Source of the DNA: Candidatus Helarchaeota ASGARD archaeon Hel_GB_B
GTDB lineage: Archaea > Asgardarchaeota > Lokiarchaeia > Helarchaeales > HEL-GB-B
Direction of reading: 5' to 3'
Assembly (NCBI GenBank): GCA_005191425.1
Contig: SUPR01000015.1
Location: forward strand, 15,288 to 47,287
DNA: 32,000 nucleotides
Part shown: one piece after another, positions 9,652 through 17,526 of the stretch
How positions within the stretch are numbered: position 1 is the stretch's first letter
Layout: every line of letters starts with the position of its first letter
The notes under the pieces: model-generated
Database searches by the model: none
What the model was told of the DNA's origin: nothing
What the model saw: the letters and a program-made list of their open reading frames with translations, nothing else
Program-made: the position numbers and the translations under genes

Positions 9652-11733
9652 ATGAAAATGTCAATAGATAATGATAACGAAATTAAATGGGAAGAACTAA
9701 AAAATTTAAGCGCTCGTGAAATAGAAAAAGAGTCTCGAAAAATTCTTTCAATTATGACGTTAGAGGAAAAAGTTAACCAAATGTCTGGAGATGCGACTAT
9801 ATTTCGTGAAGGGTTATCCATGTTAAAAAGATATAATGCGAAACCAATCACTGCTGGTACTGACAGGAAATTGGGAATTCCAGGAATTAAATTTACTGAT
9901 GGACCAAGAGGAGTAGTTATGGGAAATTCTACATGTTTCCCGGTTTCTATGGCAAGAGGGGCAACGTGGGACATTGATTTAGAGCAGAAGGTCGGTGATA
10001 TTATAGGAATTGAGGCTAAAGCTCAAGGAGCTAACTTTTTTGGTGGAGTATGTATAAATTTACTTAGACATCCGTTGTGGGGGAGAGCACAAGAAACATA
10101 TGGAGAAGATCCAATAATACTTGGAAAAATGGGAGTTGCTCTCTTGAAAGGAGTTCAAAAACATATAATGGCATGCGCGAAACATTATGCTGCAAATAGT
10201 ATTGAAAATGCCAGATTTAAAATAGATGTTAGGATGGACGAACGGACTTTAAGAGAAGTGTATTTACCTCATTTTAAGAGGTGCGTTAAGGAAGGTGTTG
10301 CCTCAATAATGAGCGCATATAATAAAGTAAATGGTGAATATTGCGGACATAATAGTCATTTATTGAGAGAGATTTTAAAAAATGATTGGAAATTTGAAGG
10401 TTTTGTTATAACAGATTTTATCTGGGGAATTAGGAATGGAAAGAAGGCAGTGAACGCAGGTGTTGATATTGAAATGCCTTTTAGGTGGAAAATGAAACCT
10501 AATAAATTAATCAATCTCGTAAAAAACAAAGAAATACCTGTAGAATATATTGATGATGCAGTCTTTAGAATTTTAAGACAAAAGCTCAGGTTCAATTATG
10601 ACGAAGACCCAAATTTTTATAATAAAAATAAAATCGCTTGTGAGGAACACGCTAAAATAGCTTTAGAAGTTGCGCGAAAAAGTATCGTTTTACTTAAGAA
10701 TGAAAATAAATTATTGCCTTTAAATAGAAATAAAATAAAAAAGATTGCAGTTATTGGAAAATTTGCTGATAGACCAAACATAGGAGATCACGGAAGTAGT
10801 AGAGTTTATCCACCCTATGTAATAACACCATTGCAAGGTATTATAAAGGCAGCCGGAAATTCTATAGAAGTAATTTATTCAAATGGTAAAAATATAAACG
10901 GTATAAAAGAAAATATAAAAGATGCAGATGCAGTAATAATTATTGCGGGTTATTCATATAAAGATGAAGGTGAAAATATTTTTTTAATAGGAGGAGATAG
11001 AAAATCTCTTGAATTAAGACCTTATGACCAAGAGCTTATTATAAAAATATCTGAAATAAATAAAAACTGTATTGTTGCCCTTGAAGGCGGGAGTGCAATA
11101 ATTATTGAATCTTGGAAAGAAAAAATTCCGGCAATTCTTATGATGTGGTATCCAGGAATGGAAGGAGGTACAGCTCTCGGAGAAATTATTTTTGGCGATA
11201 TAAATCCAAGTGGAAAGCTTCCGATAGTATTTCCTAAATCACTTGAACAACTTCCATTTTTCAGTAATAAAGTAGACACGATAGAATATGGATATTTTCA
11301 TGGTTATAAATTAATTGAAAAAAACAACGATATACCAGCATTTCCCTTTGGATTTGGACTTAGTTATACTACATATTCTTATAATAACTTGAGATTAGAC
11401 AAAACGCAAATCGACGCAAATGGTGAAATCACCATTAAAGTAGATATCACCAATAAAGGACCAATGGACGGAGAAGAGATAGTCCAATTATATATTGGGT
11501 ATAAAAATTCAAAAATAAACAGACCAGTTAAAGATTTGAAAGATTTTCAGAGAATAAAACTTGATAATGGAGAAACTAAAACAGTTGAATTTAAATTAAA
11601 AGCCAGTGATTTAGCATATTATGATATTAATACATCTTCTTGGAAAATTGAAGAAATACAATATATTGTATATGTAGGTCCATCATCAAGAAGTCAGGAT
11701 CTCCTTACTGCCAAATTTAATTTATCGGTTTAA
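9652..11733 (+). CDS. GH3 beta-glucosidase/beta-xylosidase with C-terminal Fn3-like domain
   Basis: DGPRG, RHPLWGRAQETYGEDP, CAKHY, IMSAYN, FVITDF (nucleophile), WYPGMEGG, FPFGFGLSYT. No obvious signal peptide. Confidence 0.95.
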   Translation: MKMSIDNDNEIKWEELKNLSAREIEKESRKILSIMTLEEKVNQMSGDATIFREGLSMLKRYNAKPITAGTDRKLGIPGIKFTDGPRGVVMGNSTCFPVSMARGATWDIDLEQKVGDIIGIEAKAQGANFFGGVCINLLRHPLWGRAQETYGEDPIILGKMGVALLKGVQKHIMACAKHYAANSIENARFKIDVRMDERTLREVYLPHFKRCVKEGVASIMSAYNKVNGEYCGHNSHLLREILKNDWKFEGFVITDFIWGIRNGKKAVNAGVDIEMPFRWKMKPNKLINLVKNKEIPVEYIDDAVFRILRQKLRFNYDEDPNFYNKNKIACEEHAKIALEVARKSIVLLKNENKLLPLNRNKIKKIAVIGKFADRPNIGDHGSSRVYPPYVITPLQGIIKAAGNSIEVIYSNGKNINGIKENIKDADAVIIIAGYSYKDEGENIFLIGGDRKSLELRPYDQELIIKISEINKNCIVALEGGSAIIIESWKEKIPAILMMWYPGMEGGTALGEIIFGDINPSGKLPIVFPKSLEQLPFFSNKVDTIEYGYFHGYKLIEKNNDIPAFPFGFGLSYTTYSYNNLRLDKTQIDANGEITIKVDITNKGPMDGEEIVQLYIGYKNSKINRPVKDLKDFQRIKLDNGETKTVEFKLKASDLAYYDINTSSWKIEEIQYIVYVGPSSRSQDLLTAKFNLSV

Positions 11734-11739
11734 TAGTAT

Positions 11740-13353
11740 GTGATATTAATGCCCCCAAAAAAGCTGCCAAATATAATTTTATTTGTTGCTGATGAAATGA
11801 GAGGAGATGTAATTTCATTAAATGGCCAAAATAATCCATATATTAAAACGCCTAATATAGATAATTTGGCGAAAGATGGTATAGCATTCACGAAATGTTT
11901 CTCTGTTAATCCAGTATGTGTACCTTCAAGGTGTTGTACATTTACAGGTCAATATGTTCATTCAAATGCACATAGAAGCTTATATCAATTATTACGTCCA
12001 CATGAAGACAATCTTTTCAAATTTTTAAAAATGAGCGGATATAAAGTAATTTGGATTGGAAGAAATGATCTTTTTTCCAAGGAGACAATTAAAGTAAGTG
12101 TATCTAAGCATTATAGCCTATATAAACTTTTATTAAGAAAATTTATGCCTGAAATCTTAAGACTGAAATTTTTTAAAAGGCTATTTCGCATATCTACAAT
12201 TAGGTCTCTTTTTAAGTTAATAAAAAACCGCAAAACAATATTAGAAGATTATCGATTTCTTAAATCGCCCCTCATTAAAAGCTTCTTAAGTGCTCAAATT
12301 AAATTAAATCCATTTCCTAAAGGCAATCCATTAAGAAAATCATTTTATTTTGGAGAAAGGGATCTGAAGCAAGGAAATGATATAGATACATTAATAATCG
12401 AAAAAGTGTTAAAATTTTTAAATTCTAAGCCTAAAGGGCCTTTTTGTCTATATATTGCGTTAAACTTTCCCCATCCACCATATACCGTAGAAGAGCCATT
12501 TTTTTCTATGTATAATAGAAAAGAAATACCACCACCAATTCCACCAATTCTTGATGATAAGCCAGAATTTATGAAATTGATGTTTAAAAGATATGGACTT
12601 GAAAAATTAAGTGAAAAAGACTTTAGAGAAATAAAAGCTACATATTATGGTATGGTTTCCAGAGTAGATTATCAATTTGGTAGGATTATAAAAAAATTGA
12701 AAGATATCAATAAATATGAGGATAGTGCTATTTTCTTTTTTGCAGATCATGGAGATTATACTGGTGATTATGGCATTACTGAAAAATGGCCCAATGCATT
12801 TCAAGATTGCTTAATCAACGTGCCACTAGTAATAAAATTACCCAACTTAAAAATTAAAAAAAATATCAGCGAAGAATTAGTTGAATTAATAGATTTATTT
12901 CCTACTATCTTGGAATTGGCTAAATTAAAGACAACATATACGCATTTTGGGCGCTCTTTGATACCATTATTAACAGGAAAGACGGAATCTCATAGAGAGG
13001 CAGTATTTGCAGAGGGAGGGTATAATATTCAAGAGCCCCAGTGTTTTGAGCAACCAGTATTAAGTCCAGACATGGCTTTATTAGGAATTTATTATGATAA
13101 AACAAATATACCCCAAGAATTTCCTGCTACTGTTGCTAGATCAATTATGGTACGAACAAAAGAATGGAAATTAATTTTAAGAAATGAGATTAAAGGAGAA
13201 CTTTATAATTTAAAAGATGATCCACATGAGCTTAATAATTTAATAGATAATGATGAGTATAAACAAATTAAATTAGAATTAAAAGATAAATTATTAAATT
13301 GGTTCTTAAATACCAGCGATAGTCCTCATTGGTCAAAAGTTAGAAATATATAA
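11740..13353 (+). CDS. Cys-type (formylglycine) sulfatase
   Basis: PNIILFVADE, CVPSR..TFTG, PHPPY, YYGMVSRVDYQFG, ADHGD, ELYNLKDDPHELNNL. Starts 6 bp after the GH3 gene. Confidence 0.93.
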   Translation: MILMPPKKLPNIILFVADEMRGDVISLNGQNNPYIKTPNIDNLAKDGIAFTKCFSVNPVCVPSRCCTFTGQYVHSNAHRSLYQLLRPHEDNLFKFLKMSGYKVIWIGRNDLFSKETIKVSVSKHYSLYKLLLRKFMPEILRLKFFKRLFRISTIRSLFKLIKNRKTILEDYRFLKSPLIKSFLSAQIKLNPFPKGNPLRKSFYFGERDLKQGNDIDTLIIEKVLKFLNSKPKGPFCLYIALNFPHPPYTVEEPFFSMYNRKEIPPPIPPILDDKPEFMKLMFKRYGLEKLSEKDFREIKATYYGMVSRVDYQFGRIIKKLKDINKYEDSAIFFFADHGDYTGDYGITEKWPNAFQDCLINVPLVIKLPNLKIKKNISEELVELIDLFPTILELAKLKTTYTHFGRSLIPLLTGKTESHREAVFAEGGYNIQEPQCFEQPVLSPDMALLGIYYDKTNIPQEFPATVARSIMVRTKEWKLILRNEIKGELYNLKDDPHELNNLIDNDEYKQIKLELKDKLLNWFLNTSDSPHWSKVRNI

Positions 13354-13503
13354 ATTTGATCTAAAAATTCTTTAATTATCAAAATTTCTTAAAAATCTAA
13401 ATGAAATGAATACTTAAATTAAATAAATTTAACGATTTTCAAGTCAAAAATCATAAATATACAAACAATTCTTTAAAAGCTGGCTTAATTTAATATATAT
13501 TTA

Positions 13504-13890
13504 GTGGCAGTTATGAATGAGTGTAAAGAATGTGGTGCATGCACAAATGCATGCCCTTTAAATGAGTATGATGAAAATTATATTGTTTATAAAATATTTT
13601 TTGGTCCAGAAAAAGATTTTAAATTGTGGACTAGGTGCTGTTCATGCTTTTTATGTGAGGAAAACTGCCCTTATGGGCTAAATCCAAGAGAAGAAATTTT
13701 CAAAATCAGGAGAAACTCTGATAGATCTAATATTCCACCGCGAATTATTAAATACTATGAAAATATAAAAAGAACAGGGTTTGTTTTTAATATCGATGAA
13801 TATGTCAATGAAGAAAGAATTGAATATGGACTGGTGAAACTCAATTTAGATCGGATAAAAAGTGAAGTTAATAAATTATTTAATATTTAA
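13504..13890 (+). CDS. hdrC: HdrC-like 2x[4Fe-4S] protein
   Basis: CKECGACTNACP and CCSCFLCEENCP; directly upstream of an HdrB-like gene. Confidence 0.75.
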   Translation: MAVMNECKECGACTNACPLNEYDENYIVYKIFFGPEKDFKLWTRCCSCFLCEENCPYGLNPREEIFKIRRNSDRSNIPPRIIKYYENIKRTGFVFNIDEYVNEERIEYGLVKLNLDRIKSEVNKLFNI

Positions 13891-13912
13891 AGTAGATTAA
13901 AAGGCGTTTTAT

Positions 13913-14788
13913 GTGAAATATACAATTTTTCCAGGATGTCTCATATCTTACAGGTTTCCAGAATATGAAAAATCTGCAAAATTAATCTTACAAAAGTTAG
14001 AAGTTGAATTTATCCCAGTAGATTCTTTTTCATGTTGCGGATCACAAGTATTAGAATCTATCGATGATGAAAAAATGGTTTTATTAAATGCTAGAAATTT
14101 AGCTATTGCTCAAGAATTAGATATTGGTTCAATAATTACATTATGTGGATCTTGCACGCATATATTAAAGAAATCATTAATAAAACTCCATGATAATAAA
14201 ATATTAAAAAGAATTAATAAGAAATTAAGGCTAATTGGACTAAAGTTTTTTCCTAAAAAAAAGATTGAAATTATTCATATTGCTGAGTTTCTAAACAAAA
14301 AAGAAATATTTCAAAAATTCCAAAATTTAGTAGTAAAAAAGTTGGAAATAAATATAGCGGTTCAAAATCCATGTATGGTATTAAGGCCAAGTTCAATTTC
14401 AAATTTAGAATTAAAAGACAGAAAAATAATCCGAAATTTATTAACATCTACAGGTATTACAGCATCATCATACAGATATATGAATAGGTGTTGTGGTGGG
14501 ACAATGCTTGCCTTTGATGATTCTATTGCTAAGGATTTAGGAAAATTAAGATATAAGGAATTACAAAAAAGTGGCGCTAATATTTTAGCAGTTGGATGTC
14601 CAAATTGCCAATTAATGTATTCAATATATCAAAATATGTTAGTTGATGATGTAGTCCCATCTATTTTCTTTACTCAGCTCTTAGGTTTATCTATAGGATT
14701 CTCTCAAAAAGATATGGAAATCGATAAAAACATTAATACAGAAATTATTTCAAATATTTTAAATAATTCCATAAAAAATAATGGATAA
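13913..14788 (+). CDS. hdrB: HdrB-like CCG-domain protein
   Basis: FPGC...SCCG...LCGSC and QNPC...RCCGG...GCPNCQ, then FFTQLLGLSIG. Confidence 0.88.
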   Translation: MKYTIFPGCLISYRFPEYEKSAKLILQKLEVEFIPVDSFSCCGSQVLESIDDEKMVLLNARNLAIAQELDIGSIITLCGSCTHILKKSLIKLHDNKILKRINKKLRLIGLKFFPKKKIEIIHIAEFLNKKEIFQKFQNLVVKKLEINIAVQNPCMVLRPSSISNLELKDRKIIRNLLTSTGITASSYRYMNRCCGGTMLAFDDSIAKDLGKLRYKELQKSGANILAVGCPNCQLMYSIYQNMLVDDVVPSIFFTQLLGLSIGFSQKDMEIDKNINTEIISNILNNSIKNNG

Positions 14789-14802
14789 ATTATGTCTATC
14801 TC

Positions 14803-15087
14803 TAATTTGGAAATATACCGGCTAAAAAGGCATAGTATATTTAGAGGAAGGTATACACTAGCATATTGAAGATAATAATAAATTGCGAAATATATGTATA
14901 AAGGTGAAAATTAAATAAAATATTATGTGGTGCTTTAAAATGAAATATCAGAATGGTGCTATATAAATGGACACAAATTATGGGTCAAAATTCAAGAATA
15001 TTATAGAATTGCTAAAAAACCAGATAAAAGTTATCTGAAAAGTCCAGCCACAAATTTTATTAATTTAGTCGGTATATTTCCGAATTA
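14803..15087. mobile_element. putative MITE / non-autonomous IS remnant (285 bp, 24-bp terminal inverted repeats)
   Basis: TAATTTGGAAATATACCGGCTAAA (14803-14826) matches the reverse complement of 15064-15087 (TAATTCGGAAATATACCGACTAAA) at 22/24 positions. It lies between convergent genes and the interior has no intact ORF. Confidence 0.6.
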
Positions 15088-15146
15088 AAGGTTAATTGTT
15101 TTAAAAAGTTAATTTATTTTAAAAAAAAGAATTTCACTATAGATAT

Positions 15147-16238
15147 TTAATCCAATTTATCAAGATATTTAACTAACTCTTCAAAAATATCTAATATTTC
15201 TAAATTTACATCAAGTTCATTAGCTGCTTCTACAAAATTATTGATACAAAATGGACATAATGTAAATAATATGTCTGCTTTTTCTTTAGCTTCCTTTACT
15301 TTATCTTTACCAATTTCTATTGCTAATTGTTTATCGATTATTCTCATTCCACCATCTGCACCACAGCATAGCCCATTTTTGCCTGATAAATTATATTCTT
15401 TTAATTTTTCATTATCTCTACTATAACCAAGAAGATTTAAAATAGCTCGGGGTTGAGAAATGATATTAAATGGCCTAGATATATGACATGAATCATGAAA
15501 TATTGCTACTTTTTTATCTGGATTTACAAATTCTAATTTTTTATTTTTTAATTTTTCATAGACAATTTCAATTACATGTCGAATATCTTTTTTTAGACCA
15601 TAAAATTGTTTAATAAAAATTGTACAGCCTGCACAAGCAGTGATAATATGGTCATATTTCTCCATATCTTTTTTATTTCTTTTTATAATTTCAAATGCTC
15701 GTTTATGATTACCGGTATTATAGACAAAATATCCGCAACACCGTTCATTGGGCGAAATTGTAAAATCGATATTTAATTTCTTTAGAGTTTTAATTATATT
15801 TTTCCCAATATCTGGATATCTATATGAAATCATGCACCCTAAATGTAATAGTGTTTTTGAATGCTTATTAATTGGCTCATCAAGCCACGCTAATCTTGGT
15901 TTGTCCTCTCCAAATGGATTTCCTGTTCTAAAAATATTTTCAATTAATAAATCTTGACGGGGAAATTGAGTACCCCATTTTTCAACACAGATTTTTCTAG
16001 CTTCATCAATGATTTTTGAAATTGGAATCTCTTCTGGGCACACAAATTCACAAGCTTCACATTTTGTGCAGAGAAAAATTGTTTTCCAATCTTCGGGTTT
16101 TTGTGATTCAGTTAAAACTTGTTTTGCGACAAATAATTTTTCATAAGGAGCATATTTTTTTGTACTTAGATAGATTGAGCAATAATCTTCACATAATTTA
16201 CATAAACTGCATTTCTCTATTAACATAAGAAAATTCAT
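15147..16238 (-). CDS. HdrD/GlpC-like Fe-S oxidoreductase (2x[4Fe-4S] plus two CCG domains)
   Basis: CSLCKLCEDYC, CTKCEACEFVCP, LGC...RCCG...ACAGC, FHDSC...LCCGA...LCPFC. Confidence 0.9.
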   Translation of the reverse strand: MNFLMLIEKCSLCKLCEDYCSIYLSTKKYAPYEKLFVAKQVLTESQKPEDWKTIFLCTKCEACEFVCPEEIPISKIIDEARKICVEKWGTQFPRQDLLIENIFRTGNPFGEDKPRLAWLDEPINKHSKTLLHLGCMISYRYPDIGKNIIKTLKKLNIDFTISPNERCCGYFVYNTGNHKRAFEIIKRNKKDMEKYDHIITACAGCTIFIKQFYGLKKDIRHVIEIVYEKLKNKKLEFVNPDKKVAIFHDSCHISRPFNIISQPRAILNLLGYSRDNEKLKEYNLSGKNGLCCGADGGMRIIDKQLAIEIGKDKVKEAKEKADILFTLCPFCINNFVEAANELDVNLEILDIFEELVKYLDKLD

Positions 16239-16265
16239 AAATTCAAATTTTAACTATATATTTAT

Positions 16266-16283
16266 AAAGTTATCAATAACTTT
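16266..16283. promoter_or_regulatory. palindromic operator candidate AAAGTTAT-CA-ATAACTTT
   Basis: Perfect 8-bp inverted repeat inside the 60-bp divergent intergenic region, abutting TTTATA (16261-16266). Confidence 0.45.
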
Positions 16284-16298
16284 TTCATAATTTTTTAT

Positions 16299-16763
16299 TT
16301 GATGAAAAGGTGTATAATTTTGAACGATGATTTCTTAAAAAATGCAGTTAACTTTCATGGACATTTAGGCCCTTTTTTGATTTTAGGATTAAAAATGGGA
16401 GAATTTGCAAAAAATTATATTCAACCTGTTGATTATAAAGATATTTCAGCTTCGATATTGATTGAACCATTAGAAACGCCTTTGTCTTGTATATTAGATG
16501 GAATTCAAATTGCCAGTGGCTGTACCATAGGTAAAAGAAATATTGAAGTTAAACAGAGAGATTCAAAGGGTATTGAAGCAATATTTGAAGGAAATAACCA
16601 TAAAATCTGGATTAAAGTGAATGATATAGCTTTAGGAGTAATATTACATAATCTAACGGACCATCATGGGTCTAATCACCACCATGGATCAATGGAAGAT
16701 GTTGCTAAAGATATCATAGAAAAGGACTTTGATGCATTATTCGAATATAAAAAGATAAAATAG
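16299..16763 (+). CDS. FmdE-family protein with His-rich C-terminal segment
   Basis: FHGHLGPFLILGLKMG, SCILDGIQIASGCTIGKRN, DHHGSNHHHG. Confidence 0.88.
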   Translation: MMKRCIILNDDFLKNAVNFHGHLGPFLILGLKMGEFAKNYIQPVDYKDISASILIEPLETPLSCILDGIQIASGCTIGKRNIEVKQRDSKGIEAIFEGNNHKIWIKVNDIALGVILHNLTDHHGSNHHHGSMEDVAKDIIEKDFDALFEYKKIK

Positions 16764-16824
16764 AATTTAGAAAATAAGTTGATTTTTCTTACTCATTTTA
16801 TTCAATATTCAAATTTTTATTTAT

Positions 16825-17019
16825 TTATAAACTAAAATTATTAAATAATGAAGTTAATGCATCATTTATCCAATCAAATAATCCAAAAATTAGACCTAAA
16901 AATATCAAAATACCAACTATAGCGATCCCGATTAACAAAGCTTCCTCTACCACTGGTGATCCATGTTTATCCTTTAGTAATTTATCAATTTCCTGGTAAA
17001 TGCCTTTCTGTTTTTTCAT
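16825..17019 (-). CDS. minimal Flp-like/archaeal type IV prepilin (class III signal peptide)
   Basis: Charged leader ending KDKHG, then SPVVE (Glu at +5) and a long hydrophobic helix. Predicted mature length 44 aa. Confidence 0.7.
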   Translation of the reverse strand: MKKQKGIYQEIDKLLKDKHGSPVVEEALLIGIAIVGILIFLGLIFGLFDWINDALTSLFNNFSL

Positions 17020-17153
17020 TATAGATTTTTTTTATTTGATATTATTTAAACTCCGCTTAATTCTTTTTAATGCGTTATTAAAGTAGAAATGCGAATTCTT
17101 TAGTTTAACAGGAATTTTCACAGCAAATTGCGCAGTCTATTATTTTCGGGGAG

Positions 17154-17161
17154 TTTATAAA
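17154..17161 (+). promoter_or_regulatory. TATA box candidate for the 17190 small ORF
   Basis: TTTATAAA preceded by a purine-rich GGGGAG, 29-36 bp upstream of the ATG at 17190. Confidence 0.4.
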
Positions 17162-17189
17162 TATATTTATTAAATAATTTTTGATCAAA

Positions 17190-17315
17190 ATGAACGAATT
17201 AGAAATGCTTAAGGAGACCAAATTACTCGGTCTATTTAAATATATTATTGGATTTGGTCTAGGAAAAGATGATGTTGTAACAGCTGATCCCTGGGCACCT
17301 TGGCCATTTCCATAA
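17190..17315 (+). CDS. small protein, 41 aa, MNELEMLKETKLLGLFKYIIGFGLGKDDVVTADPWAPWPFP
   Basis: Manual translation (below the ORF-track cutoff). Higher GC than its flanks, TATA upstream, T-tract downstream. Confidence 0.5.
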   Translation: MNELEMLKETKLLGLFKYIIGFGLGKDDVVTADPWAPWPFP

Positions 17316-17333
17316 TTTGGATCCCTTTAATTC

Positions 17334-17350
17334 TCTTTTTTTATTTTTTT
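17334..17350 (+). terminator. archaeal-type oligo-T terminator candidate
   Basis: T-run after the small ORF stop (ctttttttatttttt). Confidence 0.35.
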
Positions 17351-17526
17351 AAATTATTTTTAATTATGTTTAATGGCATATTGCTAATTTAATATTTATT
17401 TTTAAAAATTCTGTTGAAAATATATCTAAAAACATCCTCGTCTCCTTTTTAAAAGGTATTTTTTTGTTTTGACAATTAATTCTATTGAAATAATTTTTAA
17501 TGTTGGTTTTCTATTATTAGATTTTA

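Noticed and set aside
9606-9974. 122-aa minus-strand ORF, plus the other short ORFs inside GH3, sulfatase, hdrD-like, kinase, TPR, lysC, GH57 and acylase genes
   Set aside because: All are nested antisense or off-frame within strongly supported genes.
13504-16238. Selenocysteine recoding in the Hdr-like genes
   Set aside because: All Cys motifs are complete without TGA readthrough; hdrC, hdrB and the hdrD-like gene end in TAA.
17048-17156. AAACTCC...GGAGTTT inverted repeat, possible structured RNA
   Set aside because: Only 7 bp with no convincing internal pairing, and the right arm coincides with the promoter candidate.
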